Shown here piece after piece: positions 8,761-18,237 of a DNA stretch of 64,000 nt. This stretch comes from a candidate division WOR-3 bacterium (GTDB lineage: Bacteria; Hydrothermota; Tepidihabitantia; Tepidihabitantales; Tepidihabitantaceae), in contig CBFGJX010000006.1 in the NCBI GenBank assembly GCA_965649225.1, forward strand, positions 44,129 through 108,128, given 5' to 3'. A program made the position numbers and the translations under genes. Position 1 is the first letter of the stretch, and each line of letters begins with the position of its first letter. Below the pieces are notes generated by a model. The model saw nothing but the letters and a program-made list of their open reading frames with translations, had not been told where the DNA came from and made no database searches.

Positions 8761-11448
8761 CTACTTCAGCACCAGCGTCTTGGCAGTCACGGCACCGGCA
8801 GGAGTGGCAACCTGAACAATCCAGGCACCGCTGCCCAGCCGGGCACCGTCCAGCTCAAACTCCACCACCGAACCCTGTCGGGCAGTCCGGGTTTCGCTGT
8901 AAAGCAGCTGTCCGGCCGCAGTGTAGACCCGCAGTTTCGCCGGCCCGTTTACCGGGGCAACAAAGCGGACGCGGGCGTTGCGACTGAACGGATTCGGACT
9001 GATTTCCAGCCGGCCCCGTTCCCGTGCCACCGGCAGTGTTGCTTCTTCGACAACACCGGGCGTCGCCTCGCCGAAGAAGTTGAAAATCCGTGCCATCAAC
9101 GTCCAGCGCTGGAGATAACGGGTTGCCGAATGGTTGATTGCCTCGAAGGCCGCAGCGAAGAACACCAGCTTGTAGCTGCCGCTGTAAGAAATGAACGCCT
9201 GCACCGTCGTGTCGGGATGGTCGCGATAGTAGGCACCGCCAACCGCATCGCCCAGCGGCCGGATGCCGTTCGAATTGGCACCGTTGTTCGCCCCGCCGGC
9301 ACCGGCAATCACCATCGTATCGCCATCGGCAATCGGATGGGACTCCAGGCCAACCAGGTACTGCCGGCCCATCGAATCGACCGCCAGTGCCGCGTGCAGA
9401 TAGTCGCTGAGGAAGCTGGAACCGTTGATATCCTGAGCGATCTTCTTGCCGCACAGCAGCAGGTTGCGCCCGGCATCAAGATAGGCCGCTAGCGCGGTCT
9501 GCTCGGCAGTGGTCAGCGTCGTCGCGGTATCATTGCCGGTATTCCAGATGACAACATTGTAGCGCAAAAGGGTATCAGCCGAAGGTGCACCCGACGTCTG
9601 AACCGTATAGACGTGATAGAGAATACCGTTGGAGTCGCAGGCTGCCTTGTAGTACTTCTCGTAATCGAGCCCGAGATCGTCATCAACGATCAGCGTCCGC
9701 GGCTCACCCGAACGCACTGTCAAGCTGGTGTCCGGGTGCACTGCCGCCGGTTCCGCAAGCACTGAGACGAAAAACCGGATGTTCTGCGGCGCGGCATTGG
9801 CCGGCACCGAGATAACAAACGAGTCGGCCGAGCAGTTGCCGGAACTGCCGGCCGGAATATCCGGAAACCGGGCGGTGTCCTTGACAATCTGCACACCCCG
9901 GGCATTGGTGGTCAACACTGCCCGGACATTACGCGCGTCGCGGAATCCGGCGGTGTTGGCATAGGTGAGTATCAGACTGGCAACTTCGCCCGGATCGGGC
10001 CGGCCGTTGTTGTTGCCGCCGGCATCATTGAATCGCCAGTTGGTCAGGGTCAGGTCGCAGTAGTAAAGCGGCAGCACGGCATTGGCCATATTGACCCGGC
10101 CGGCACCGAGCTTGCCCTGGGCATAGAGCGGGTCCGGCATTGGGTCGCAGGCGTCGTACATTGTCCGCAGGACCTGAGCGTTGTTCAGTGCCGGATTGAA
10201 ACACTTGATCCAGACCGCCACGCCGGCTGCTGACGGACAGGCCATCGAAGTGCCGTCGAAGAATGCGTAGCTGCCGGTTGCCCGGTTGACCGTTGAATAG
10301 ATACCCTGGCCTGGTGCCGAAACATCAACCCAGGGTCCGTAGTTGGAAAAGCTCGCCTTGTAATCGGTCGAAGTCGAAGCAGCGGTGTTCACGACGCTGT
10401 CATTGCAGGCCGGATAGCGACGGTTTTCCAGGCCCTCATTGCCGGCCGAACCAAACAGCACCGCGCCCTGATTCCAGGCATCAAGTCCGGCGGTGTTGAG
10501 CTGGGGGCTCTGCGTCGATGAACCAAAGCTCATCGAGTAGGCAAACACACCCTTGAAAATGCCGTAGTAGATTGCCGAAACCGCCTGATAGATGTAGATG
10601 CCGCCACCGGAACCGCAGCGCATGTTCAGCGACCGGTTGTTCCAGGTTTCGCCGGCGATGCCGATGCCGTTATTGGTCACGGCGTTGACGATACCGTGAC
10701 AGTGGGTACCGTGGTCATCGGACGGATTCGGCATCGGGTCGGCGTCGTAGGAAACGAAATCAAAACCGATGACGTCGTCGTTGTACCCGTTGGCATCCTG
10801 ATCAATGTTATCAAGGTCGCCCGATGGGGGCGGGGAAGGATCGAACCGGCCGTTACCATTGATGTCTTCGGGACGGTTGATCCAGAAACTTGCCTCCAGG
10901 TCCGGATGGAGATAGTCGACACCCTGGTCAATGACCATGTTCAGCACCGCGGTGTCACCATGGCTGGCATTCCATGCCTCCGGCGCCTGAATCTTGGTGA
11001 TGTGCCACTGACTGCCCAGCAGCGGGTCGTTGGGCGTTTCGTCAAACCGCAGGTAGTAATTCGGTGCGGCAGCCGCAACTTCAGCCAGCCGACCGTATTC
11101 CGCAACCGCAGCGGCGACGTCGGCACTGACGTCGAACTGGATGCAGTACATCAGGTCACCGCTAATGCCGGGCGCAATTTCCAGTGCCCGGGGGTGACGC
11201 ACGACCGGGCTGATATCGTCGACCCGCCAGCGCCGGTTCAGCTCATCCAGCGCCGGCACGCCGAACAGCGCAATACCGTCTGAACTGGTAATGCTGACCT
11301 TGCCCCGCAAACTGCGGTCCAGCGTCAGCATCAACTGTCCCGCCGCGTACTCCGAACCATCGGCCCCGGTCACGACCGGCCGGATTGCCGGATATGCCGA
11401 CGCTGTCGCAGCCAGCGCCAGACACAATACCAGAAGCCTCACTTTCAT
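8761..11448 (-). CDS. secreted S8 (subtilisin-like) serine peptidase with C-terminal T9SS-type sorting domain
   Basis: Signal peptide; catalytic VIDQG, DHGTH and GTSMA; oxyanion SAGN; C-terminal ISPNPF...VYTAAGQ...SGAWIV; AGGAGG SD. Confidence 0.92.
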   Translation of the reverse strand: MKVRLLVLCLALAATASAYPAIRPVVTGADGSEYAAGQLMLTLDRSLRGKVSITSSDGIALFGVPALDELNRRWRVDDISPVVRHPRALEIAPGISGDLMYCIQFDVSADVAAAVAEYGRLAEVAAAAPNYYLRFDETPNDPLLGSQWHITKIQAPEAWNASHGDTAVLNMVIDQGVDYLHPDLEASFWINRPEDINGNGRFDPSPPPSGDLDNIDQDANGYNDDVIGFDFVSYDADPMPNPSDDHGTHCHGIVNAVTNNGIGIAGETWNNRSLNMRCGSGGGIYIYQAVSAIYYGIFKGVFAYSMSFGSSTQSPQLNTAGLDAWNQGAVLFGSAGNEGLENRRYPACNDSVVNTAASTSTDYKASFSNYGPWVDVSAPGQGIYSTVNRATGSYAFFDGTSMACPSAAGVAVWIKCFNPALNNAQVLRTMYDACDPMPDPLYAQGKLGAGRVNMANAVLPLYYCDLTLTNWRFNDAGGNNNGRPDPGEVASLILTYANTAGFRDARNVRAVLTTNARGVQIVKDTARFPDIPAGSSGNCSADSFVISVPANAAPQNIRFFVSVLAEPAAVHPDTSLTVRSGEPRTLIVDDDLGLDYEKYYKAACDSNGILYHVYTVQTSGAPSADTLLRYNVVIWNTGNDTATTLTTAEQTALAAYLDAGRNLLLCGKKIAQDINGSSFLSDYLHAALAVDSMGRQYLVGLESHPIADGDTMVIAGAGGANNGANSNGIRPLGDAVGGAYYRDHPDTTVQAFISYSGSYKLVFFAAAFEAINHSATRYLQRWTLMARIFNFFGEATPGVVEEATLPVARERGRLEISPNPFSRNARVRFVAPVNGPAKLRVYTAAGQLLYSETRTARQGSVVEFELDGARLGSGAWIVQVATPAGAVTAKTLVLK

Positions 11449-11517
11449 CGGTCTTTGCCTCCTGATTAGTTTGCTGTCTCTGCTGTCAGTCGGTCGACGG
11501 CACCGGCCGTCGCGTCA

Positions 11518-11546
11518 ATGATAGAGCCGCACCGGGCAGGTGTCAA
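11518..11546 (-). promoter_or_regulatory. promoter of the S8 peptidase gene
   Basis: TTGACA-N17-TATCAT. Confidence 0.65.
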
Positions 11547-12307
11547 TCTGACGCAGCCGTCGCTGGCCGGTCGGCGGCAACCACCAGCTGCTCAGGCAGA
11601 CCGGTGAGATTGGGCAGTTCCCAGCGCTGGCGGACATCCCCCACTTCTTCCAGCGCCACTACCCGCAACCGGGCACTGTTCAAAGCACGAAAATGATCGG
11701 CGACAGTCCACTGATAATCACAACGGCAGAATCCGGCATTGACCATTGTCGGGTCTCCCGGCCATTCCTCATCAATACTGCGGACCCGGTCGAAATAGGA
11801 AAACCGCGCCCGGGGCGCCCCCGGCTCCTGCCGCCAGATCCGCCGCACCGGGTGATACTCGGTCACGACCAGCCGTCCCCCCGGTTCGAGCAAGCGTGCC
11901 ACCGCCCGGTAGAACGCGGCAAGATCGGCAACCTGCGGCGCAACCCCGGCAGCGTAGACCAGCCCGCACGAGGCCTCGCCCAGTGCTTCCAGCCGCTCCA
12001 GTTCACACTGGCGGAACGCCAGCTCAACGCCAACCAGCTGGGCCCGGATCATCAACATATCCAGATAGCTGGCGCTCGGGTCGACCGCGGTCACCCGGCC
12101 GCCCAGTGCGGCAAGCGCCAGCGGCACCAGCCCCTGCCCGACACCAATCACCGCCACACTGCGGCCGGCAACCGGCTGCAGCAGTTCAAGCTCGACCCGA
12201 TTCAGTGCCAGCGCCGGCATCGTTGGCACCCGGCGCCAGATATCAGCATCGTCCGGATCACGCTGCCAGGCCGGGGCCGTCGGAACCCAGTCGTGTCCTG
12301 CCGCCAC
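11543..12307 (-). CDS. class I SAM-dependent methyltransferase
   Basis: VAVIGVGQG motif I, VTAVD and LLEPGGRLVVTEYHP. Confidence 0.8.
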   Translation of the reverse strand: MAAGHDWVPTAPAWQRDPDDADIWRRVPTMPALALNRVELELLQPVAGRSVAVIGVGQGLVPLALAALGGRVTAVDPSASYLDMLMIRAQLVGVELAFRQCELERLEALGEASCGLVYAAGVAPQVADLAAFYRAVARLLEPGGRLVVTEYHPVRRIWRQEPGAPRARFSYFDRVRSIDEEWPGDPTMVNAGFCRCDYQWTVADHFRALNSARLRVVALEEVGDVRQRWELPNLTGLPEQLVVAADRPATAASD

Positions 12308-12314
12308 CGCTGCT

Positions 12315-12935
12315 TCAGCGCGAACCGATCCGCCAGTCGGTCAGCACCCGTTCACTGCCGGCGCCGATTCGCCGCACAACACCGACCCCGGGCGCAAGCC
12401 ATTCGGTGTACTGCTCGGCCACGGTGTCAATACCGGTGTACTCGTGGTAAAACTCGATCCGGTAACACTGGACAAAACTGCCGGCCGGCACGACAACATC
12501 TTCAATCGCGCTCACCCGGGCCGAAAACGAATCCCGCACCACGATTGAATCGCTGCCCAGCACGACAACGGTGTCGGCAAACGACTCCCCCCAGCCAGCA
12601 CCGGTAACCAGCGGCAGCCGGTAAACCAGTGCCCAGCGCTCGAGCAGTACATACTCCTGACCGCCGATAACCGCCGCACGCCGGTCATAACGCCGCACCT
12701 CGAACTGGTCTGCCAGCCAGAGTTCCGGTGCGAAATCACGCAGCACCAGCCGCGCACTGCGTCCGAGCACAACACTGTCGCCGGCGACCGAGTCAAACGA
12801 CGCAAACCCGCCCGACTCGTAGCGCCAGCTCGAACCGGTGGTCAGCGGAAAATAGTCGGCACCGGCCCGCCACAGAATCATATCACTGCAGGCAAGCACC
12901 ATCAGACCAGCCAGCACCAGTCGTCTAAAGCACAT
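12315..12935 (-). CDS. putative lipoprotein (beta-strand rich)
   Basis: MCFRRLVLAGLMVLAC lipobox-like; DYFPL-x2-G-x2-W-x-Y, VPAGSF-x2-C and WLAPGVGVV motifs. Confidence 0.7.
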   Translation of the reverse strand: MCFRRLVLAGLMVLACSDMILWRAGADYFPLTTGSSWRYESGGFASFDSVAGDSVVLGRSARLVLRDFAPELWLADQFEVRRYDRRAAVIGGQEYVLLERWALVYRLPLVTGAGWGESFADTVVVLGSDSIVVRDSFSARVSAIEDVVVPAGSFVQCYRIEFYHEYTGIDTVAEQYTEWLAPGVGVVRRIGAGSERVLTDWRIGSR

Positions 12936-13428
12936 GGCCCACTCCCGCCCGCAAACCGAAGAACCACGCCGGCCTGACCCCGCCTGCCCCGGACTCCAGA
13001 TAGATTGAGCTGTCCAGGCCGAGTCCGACCCGACTGCGCTCCTGATGCTGCACCAGACCGGCAGCCAGCCGCACTGCCGGCGCACCACCGGCCTCGCTGG
13101 CGCTGCCGGACCGGCGCCGGGCGAACCCGTAGCCGGCGCCGACGCCGACTTCAATGCCCCAGGTTGACCGCTGCAACACTTCCAGACCGTACTCGACGCC
13201 GACACTGTGCAGCCGCAGGCTGTAATCGCTGCTGCGGGGACCGGCAAACTCGGCAAAACCGTAACTGAGCTCCAGCCGGCCCGGACCGACCCGGCTGGCG
13301 GCAAAGCCGCCAAATACGCCGGCAAACTCGTGCCGGCGTCCCAGACCACCCCCCGGGAAAGCGGCACCGATACGGCCACCGACCTCGATGCCGTTCAGCA
13401 GCATCAGTGCAATCAGCAGTGAGTTCAC
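12925..13428 (-). CDS. putative small outer-membrane beta-barrel protein
   Basis: Hydrophobic N-terminus from GTG 13428, alternating Gly/aromatic strands, C-terminal FGLRAGVG. Confidence 0.55.
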   Translation of the reverse strand: MNSLLIALMLLNGIEVGGRIGAAFPGGGLGRRHEFAGVFGGFAASRVGPGRLELSYGFAEFAGPRSSDYSLRLHSVGVEYGLEVLQRSTWGIEVGVGAGYGFARRRSGSASEAGGAPAVRLAAGLVQHQERSRVGLGLDSSIYLESGAGGVRPAWFFGLRAGVGHVL

Positions 13429-13435
13429 AACAGAC

Positions 13436-13463
13436 AATCTAGGATACCGGCCGCAGGTGTCAA
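13436..13463 (-). promoter_or_regulatory. promoter, probably leaderless transcript
   Basis: TTGACA-N16-TAGATT, then 7 nt to GTG 13428. Confidence 0.6.
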
Positions 13464-13471
13464 GGCAGGGT

Positions 13472-14368
13472 TCAGCCGATCGCGGCCATCCGCTCCAGTG
13501 CCTGCCGCGCCCGGGCGGCAACTTCCGGAGCGACAACAATTTCCTCCCCGCCGCCGGTCAGGGCAGCCTGCACCGCCGCCAGTCGCGTCAGCTTCATGTT
13601 CCGGCACAGCGCACTGCGTCGCAGTGGAAAACAGCGACACTGCGGATGCAGACGCCGAATCCGCTCACACATTCCGGCTTCGGTTGCCAGTACCACTTCC
13701 GGATACTTGCCGGCCAGTCGCGCCATTCCGGAAGTCGAAGCCACCTCGTCGGCGGCATCAATCACCTCCGGCGCACACTCCGGATGAGCAATCACCCGGG
13801 CTGTCGGATGCTCGCTGCGGGCCCGGGCAACGTCTGCCGCCGTGAAAACGGCATGGACATAACAGAACCCGGGCCACTCCAGCACCGTCCGCCCGGTCTT
13901 TCGGGAAACAAAAGCCGCCAGATTGCGGTCCGGCACCAGCAGCACCGGCCCGGGCGGCAACGAATTGACCACTGCCACCGCGTTCGCCGAAGTACAGCAG
14001 ATATCGGCCTCGGCCTTGACCTCGACCGGGGTGTTGACATACGCCACGACCGTCACCGTTCCGAGCTCGCTGCGGCGCCGGCGCAACGCCTCGGCGCTGA
14101 TCATGTCGGCCATCTGACAGCCGGCCCGCGGCTCGGCCAGCACAACCCGCGCCGCCGGATTCAGTATCGCTGCCGTCTCGGCCATGAACCGGACACCGCA
14201 GAAAACAATCAGCCGTGCCTGGCTCTTCTGTGCCGCCCGCGCCAGCTCAAGCGAGTCGCCGATGAAATCGGCGACATCATAGACCTCCGGCAACTGATAG
14301 TTGTGGGCCAGCACCAGCGCCCCTGTCGCCGCCTTCAACTGCCGAATATTCTCAATCTCAGCCGTCAT
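13472..14368 (-). CDS. nadA: quinolinate synthase
   Basis: LAHNYQ, GDSLEL, FCGVRFMAETA, AGCQMAD, CCTSAN, HPEC and CRNMK motifs. Confidence 0.96.
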   Translation of the reverse strand: MTAEIENIRQLKAATGALVLAHNYQLPEVYDVADFIGDSLELARAAQKSQARLIVFCGVRFMAETAAILNPAARVVLAEPRAGCQMADMISAEALRRRRSELGTVTVVAYVNTPVEVKAEADICCTSANAVAVVNSLPPGPVLLVPDRNLAAFVSRKTGRTVLEWPGFCYVHAVFTAADVARARSEHPTARVIAHPECAPEVIDAADEVASTSGMARLAGKYPEVVLATEAGMCERIRRLHPQCRCFPLRRSALCRNMKLTRLAAVQAALTGGGEEIVVAPEVAARARQALERMAAIG

Positions 14369-14859
14369 TACCGGTTTCGGTGCCAGCGCCTCGGACCACC
14401 ACTCCCCCGCTGTCCGTGCCGCCGGACGGGCGGTGTCTTGGCCGGTGCCTGCCAGACGGTTGTTTCGTCGAGCAGGTGGACGACCTCAATCCCGGCCTGG
14501 GCCAGGGCCGCGGCGATGTCCAGCCGGTGACACCGTTCCGGGCTGCGTTCGGCGCACAAGATACAACACACCCGCCGTGCCGCCTTGCTCTGAATGATGC
14601 CGGCACCGCGGACAAACTCGTCCGACCGCACCCAGCCGTTACGGTCACCGTCGCGCGGCCCGCCGAGTTCGTTGCCGAGAAACACATAATCCACGCCGTG
14701 GGCAGCGCACAACGCCTGCAACCCGTCGCGGCGGAAATGTTCCTCCTGTGCCGCCGGGGTCCGGCGCACGTCAAAAACGACCTCGATCCCGTGCTTGACC
14801 AGTATCCGGACAAAGTCGAGCTGATGGCGGTGGTCGGTTCCCAGCGTGTAAACTCTCAT
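14368..14859 (-). CDS. DUF488-family protein
   Basis: VYTLG, DVRR-x-P, ELGG and CAE-x4-CHR motifs. Confidence 0.8.
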   Translation of the reverse strand: MRVYTLGTDHRHQLDFVRILVKHGIEVVFDVRRTPAAQEEHFRRDGLQALCAAHGVDYVFLGNELGGPRDGDRNGWVRSDEFVRGAGIIQSKAARRVCCILCAERSPERCHRLDIAAALAQAGIEVVHLLDETTVWQAPAKTPPVRRHGQRGSGGPRRWHRNR

Positions 14860-15575
14860 TCCGGCAGTCCATTCCCGGTCGCCACCGACGGCGCCCGCAG
14901 CTCCAGACGAATTGTACCGAAGCCGGCCTCCTGACGCACCCGCACCTCCCCCAGTCGCACCAGTTCCAGCACCGCAATGAATGTCACTATCACCTCGGCC
15001 AGTGTATCACCGGTGACCGCTTCCTCAAAATCAAGCCCGCCCCGTTCCCGCAGCAACCGGCGCAGCGCCGCAATCCGGTCACCGAGCCGGACGCTGGGCG
15101 GCGCAATCTCGGCCTTGCGCGGCGGCTCCAGCCGTGCCAGCACCCGCTTCAGCGCCGCGGTCAATACCAGCAAATCCTCGCTTTCGGCCGCCTGGGCTCG
15201 CGGCGACTCACCGGGCCGCGGCCACAACTGCCGCATTCCCGCTTCCTTGTCCGAAAGCAGCCGCGCTGCCTGACGGTACTGGCGAAACTCGTCCAGAATC
15301 TGTTCCAGTGTGACAACCGGCGTATCCAGTTCCTCGTCCTTCATTCGGGGCAGCAGTGCCCGAACCTTCAGCCGCATCAGCACTGCCGCCATCATGACGA
15401 AATCTGATGCCGCCTCCATGTTCAGTTCGGTCGCCCCGCGAATCCACGCCAGATAATCGTCAGTCAGCCGGCCAATCGGCACATCGCAGACATCCAGTTC
15501 AGCCTTGCGCACCAGATACAAAAGCAGTTCGACCGGGCCTTCGAACGCCTCGAGCCTGACCTCGTGCACACTCAC
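14856..15575 (-). CDS. scpA: segregation and condensation protein A (kleisin)
   Basis: FEGPVELLLYLV, FVMMAA-x-L-x3-K and TFIAVLELVR motifs. Confidence 0.92.
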   Translation of the reverse strand: MSVHEVRLEAFEGPVELLLYLVRKAELDVCDVPIGRLTDDYLAWIRGATELNMEAASDFVMMAAVLMRLKVRALLPRMKDEELDTPVVTLEQILDEFRQYRQAARLLSDKEAGMRQLWPRPGESPRAQAAESEDLLVLTAALKRVLARLEPPRKAEIAPPSVRLGDRIAALRRLLRERGGLDFEEAVTGDTLAEVIVTFIAVLELVRLGEVRVRQEAGFGTIRLELRAPSVATGNGLPE

Positions 15576-16603
15576 AGTGTCACCAGCTCGTAGTCACGCC
15601 GGCCCAGTCCGCGCCGCTCGGCCGCCTCGATCACCAGCTCGCCGTGGACGTGCGGATATATCGGCTTCAGCACCGGTCCCAGCCGGTCCCACGCCGTCTG
15701 CTCACAGGCCACCGGGTCGCGCGAGACGAACACCCCGACATCATCAGTAACCGGCTTCTCGGTCTGACCGTAGCAGTCGCAGTTCGGGGTAACGCGCAGA
15801 CAGAAGTTGAAGTGAATCGCCTGCCGGTCAATCAGCACCGCCCGGGCGTACTCAACCATCTTCAGTATCACGTTCTCACTGCCGGCATCCCAGTCAATCC
15901 GGATTGCATTCTGTTCGCACACCGTCAGGCAGCCACCGCAACCGGTGCACGACCGGCCAATCTGCGCGACATACTGGACGAAATTGATCGCATCGTTCGG
16001 GCAGTAATCGACACACTCGCCGCAGGAAACGCACTTGTCCGGATCAACCGCCGGCTTGGAATTGGAATGCATCTCCAGCTTGCCCGCCTTGCTCGCCAGT
16101 CCCATCGCCAGACTCTTGATTACGCCACCGAACCCGGCAACGAAATGTCCCTTGAAGTGGGCCATGTTGATGAGGTAGCGCAGACGTCGAAGACCCTGCG
16201 CCAGCCGGGCGGCCGGCACCAGCTCCGAATCCAGCGGCACGACGTAGGACTTCTCTCCCCGCCGGCCGTCCAGTATCTCGATCGGCGCCATCAGCGTCGC
16301 GGTCGAAAACCCGTGCTCGGCCGCCAGTTTCAGATGCTCGCCCGCCTCCTGCCGCCGACCCCGGTAAAGCGCGGTCGTCTCGACCACGACCGGCTGCAGG
16401 TTATGAAAGGCCGTTGCCAGTGCCGCCTCGCGGACAAACTCCGGCCGCAGATGATTGCTGTTGCCGTGTTCGCCGAAGTGGCACTTGATGGCGATGCGCT
16501 TCTTGGGCCGGCAGTCGGCCAGAAAACCCGAACGCTCCAGCACCTCACGGATTCCCGCTGCCGCGCGCTCCGGCGGCAGAAAGAAAACAACCGGCTTGCT
16601 CAA
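15572..16603 (-). CDS. DUF362-domain protein with 2x[4Fe-4S] ferredoxin insert
   Basis: IKCHFGEHGN, HFKGH-x3-GFGG-x2-K, CVSCGECVDYC, CTGCGGCLTVC and PNCDC motifs; TTG start overlaps the upstream TGA. Confidence 0.88.
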   Translation of the reverse strand: MSKPVVFFLPPERAAAGIREVLERSGFLADCRPKKRIAIKCHFGEHGNSNHLRPEFVREAALATAFHNLQPVVVETTALYRGRRQEAGEHLKLAAEHGFSTATLMAPIEILDGRRGEKSYVVPLDSELVPAARLAQGLRRLRYLINMAHFKGHFVAGFGGVIKSLAMGLASKAGKLEMHSNSKPAVDPDKCVSCGECVDYCPNDAINFVQYVAQIGRSCTGCGGCLTVCEQNAIRIDWDAGSENVILKMVEYARAVLIDRQAIHFNFCLRVTPNCDCYGQTEKPVTDDVGVFVSRDPVACEQTAWDRLGPVLKPIYPHVHGELVIEAAERRGLGRRDYELVTL

Positions 16604-17673
16604 TTCCACACCCCGCTGATTGACCGGCCGCAGAAGCGGCACCGGCCGTTATTGACATCACAATTCAGTACGCTGTAGCCGCGCCGACGGACCACAACCC
16701 GGCCACACCCCGGGCAAACCGTGTTCTCAAACTCATGCCCCGGCACATTGCCGATGTAAACAAACTGCAATCCTCTCGCCCGGGCGATACGAACCGCCTG
16801 TTCCAGCGTTGCCACTGGTGTTGCCGGCATGTTCTGCATCCGGTATGCCGGCACGAACCGGGTAAAGTGCAGCGGCACCGTGTCGCCGAGATTCGCCCCA
16901 ATCCAGCGACACATTGCGCTGATCGTCGCACTGTCGTCGTTATATCCCGGAACAACCAGATTCACCAGCTCCAGGTGCGCCGGCCCGGCGGCGGCAATCC
17001 GGCAGGCCTCCAGCACCGGCGCCAGACTGGAACCACACACCGTGCGGTAAAACTCGTCACTGAAACCCTTCAGGTCAATCTTCACCGCATCAACCAGCCG
17101 GCACAGCTCACGCATCGGCGCCGGATTGATGTAACCGCCGGTCACCACCGCGGTCCGGACACCGCCCTGACGCGCCAGCCGCGCCGCGTCGACAACATAC
17201 TCCCAGAACACTACCGGTTCGCTGTAAGTAAAACACAATATCGGCACTTTCTGGTTCAGAGCGAGCTCCACCAGCGCCGCCGGCGAAAGCTCACGATACG
17301 GCACATCCTCCGGACTTGCCTGAGAGATCTGCCAGTTCTGGCAGTACCGGCACGACTGATTGCAGCCGACTGTCGCAGCGGTAATCCGCTCCCGGCCGGG
17401 CAGAAAGTGAAAAAACGGCGCCTTCTCGATCGGCTCCCGGCCGACCGAACACGGCCGGCCATGCACCAGCGAATAAAGCGTACCGCCGCGATTCTCGCGC
17501 ACCCGGCAAAATCCCCGCCGCCCCGGCTCAATCACACACCGGCGGGGACACAAATCACACTGCACCCGTCCCCGCTCGAGCCGGTGATACCAGTCGGCCT
17601 CGCGGTTGACCGGCCGCGAATCGGCCGCCAGCAGCAGACCGGCCGATACCACCAGCGCCGCCAGTCTGCCCAT
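16600..17673 (-). CDS. amrS: AmmeMemoRadiSam system radical SAM enzyme
   Basis: CDLCPRRC...GFCRVREN, PIEKAPFFHF, CNQSCRYCQNWQISQ, TYSEP and C-terminal CPGC/CRFC motifs. Confidence 0.9.
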   Translation of the reverse strand: MGRLAALVVSAGLLLAADSRPVNREADWYHRLERGRVQCDLCPRRCVIEPGRRGFCRVRENRGGTLYSLVHGRPCSVGREPIEKAPFFHFLPGRERITAATVGCNQSCRYCQNWQISQASPEDVPYRELSPAALVELALNQKVPILCFTYSEPVVFWEYVVDAARLARQGGVRTAVVTGGYINPAPMRELCRLVDAVKIDLKGFSDEFYRTVCGSSLAPVLEACRIAAAGPAHLELVNLVVPGYNDDSATISAMCRWIGANLGDTVPLHFTRFVPAYRMQNMPATPVATLEQAVRIARARGLQFVYIGNVPGHEFENTVCPGCGRVVVRRRGYSVLNCDVNNGRCRFCGRSISGVWN

Positions 17674-17674
17674 G

Positions 17675-18118
17675 CTAGAACGCCAGTGCGCCGATTACCA
17701 GACCAAGCACCGCCCCGAAAGTAAACAGCCCGCCGGTCACGCCCCAGGTAATCAGCTTCGCCTCGCGCCGGGCACTCGCGACCTGGCCGTAGTCAATCAT
17801 CACCTCTGTCACCCGGCCCGCATTCACCCGGACCGGATAAGAACCGGCATTTATCGCCGCCAAGGTCCAGACCGTCGAGACCTTCCGCCCGAGGCGCGAC
17901 TCGCGCAGCCGCCAGTACAGCCGCTCCAGACTGTCGTTGGAAACGATGCTGACCAGATACTGCTCACCCGGCTTCAGCGGCACCATCTCCACCGGTGTCT
18001 GCCCCAGCCAGTCGCCATCCAGATAAACCGTCATGCCCGGCACATTGGACCGCACGGTCAAATAACCCGAATCAGGCGCAAAACCTGTCAGTGCAAGAAC
18101 CAGTATTCCAGTAATCAT
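17675..18118 (-). CDS. PEGA-domain membrane protein
   Basis: GYLTVRSNVPGMTVYLDG-x3-GQTP; N-terminal signal and C-terminal TM helix. Confidence 0.75.
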   Translation of the reverse strand: MITGILVLALTGFAPDSGYLTVRSNVPGMTVYLDGDWLGQTPVEMVPLKPGEQYLVSIVSNDSLERLYWRLRESRLGRKVSTVWTLAAINAGSYPVRVNAGRVTEVMIDYGQVASARREAKLITWGVTGGLFTFGAVLGLVIGALAF

Positions 18119-18124
18119 AGGCTA

Positions 18125-18153
18125 AAACTAGCCGTGCCTGTCCGCCAAGTCAA
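18125..18153 (-). promoter_or_regulatory. promoter, probably leaderless transcript
   Basis: TTGACT-N17-TAGTTT, then 6 nt to ATG 18118. Confidence 0.55.
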
Positions 18154-18202
18154 CGGCGTCAGCCAGCCGGCCTCTGCCACCCGCACCCGGACCGCTGCTG
18201 TC

Positions 18203-18230
18203 TTGACTGCGCATTCTGCCCGACTAACTT
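18203..18230 (+). promoter_or_regulatory. promoter, probably leaderless transcript
   Basis: TTGACT-N16-TAACTT, then 7 nt to GTG 18238. Confidence 0.55.
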
Positions 18231-18237
18231 TTCAGCC

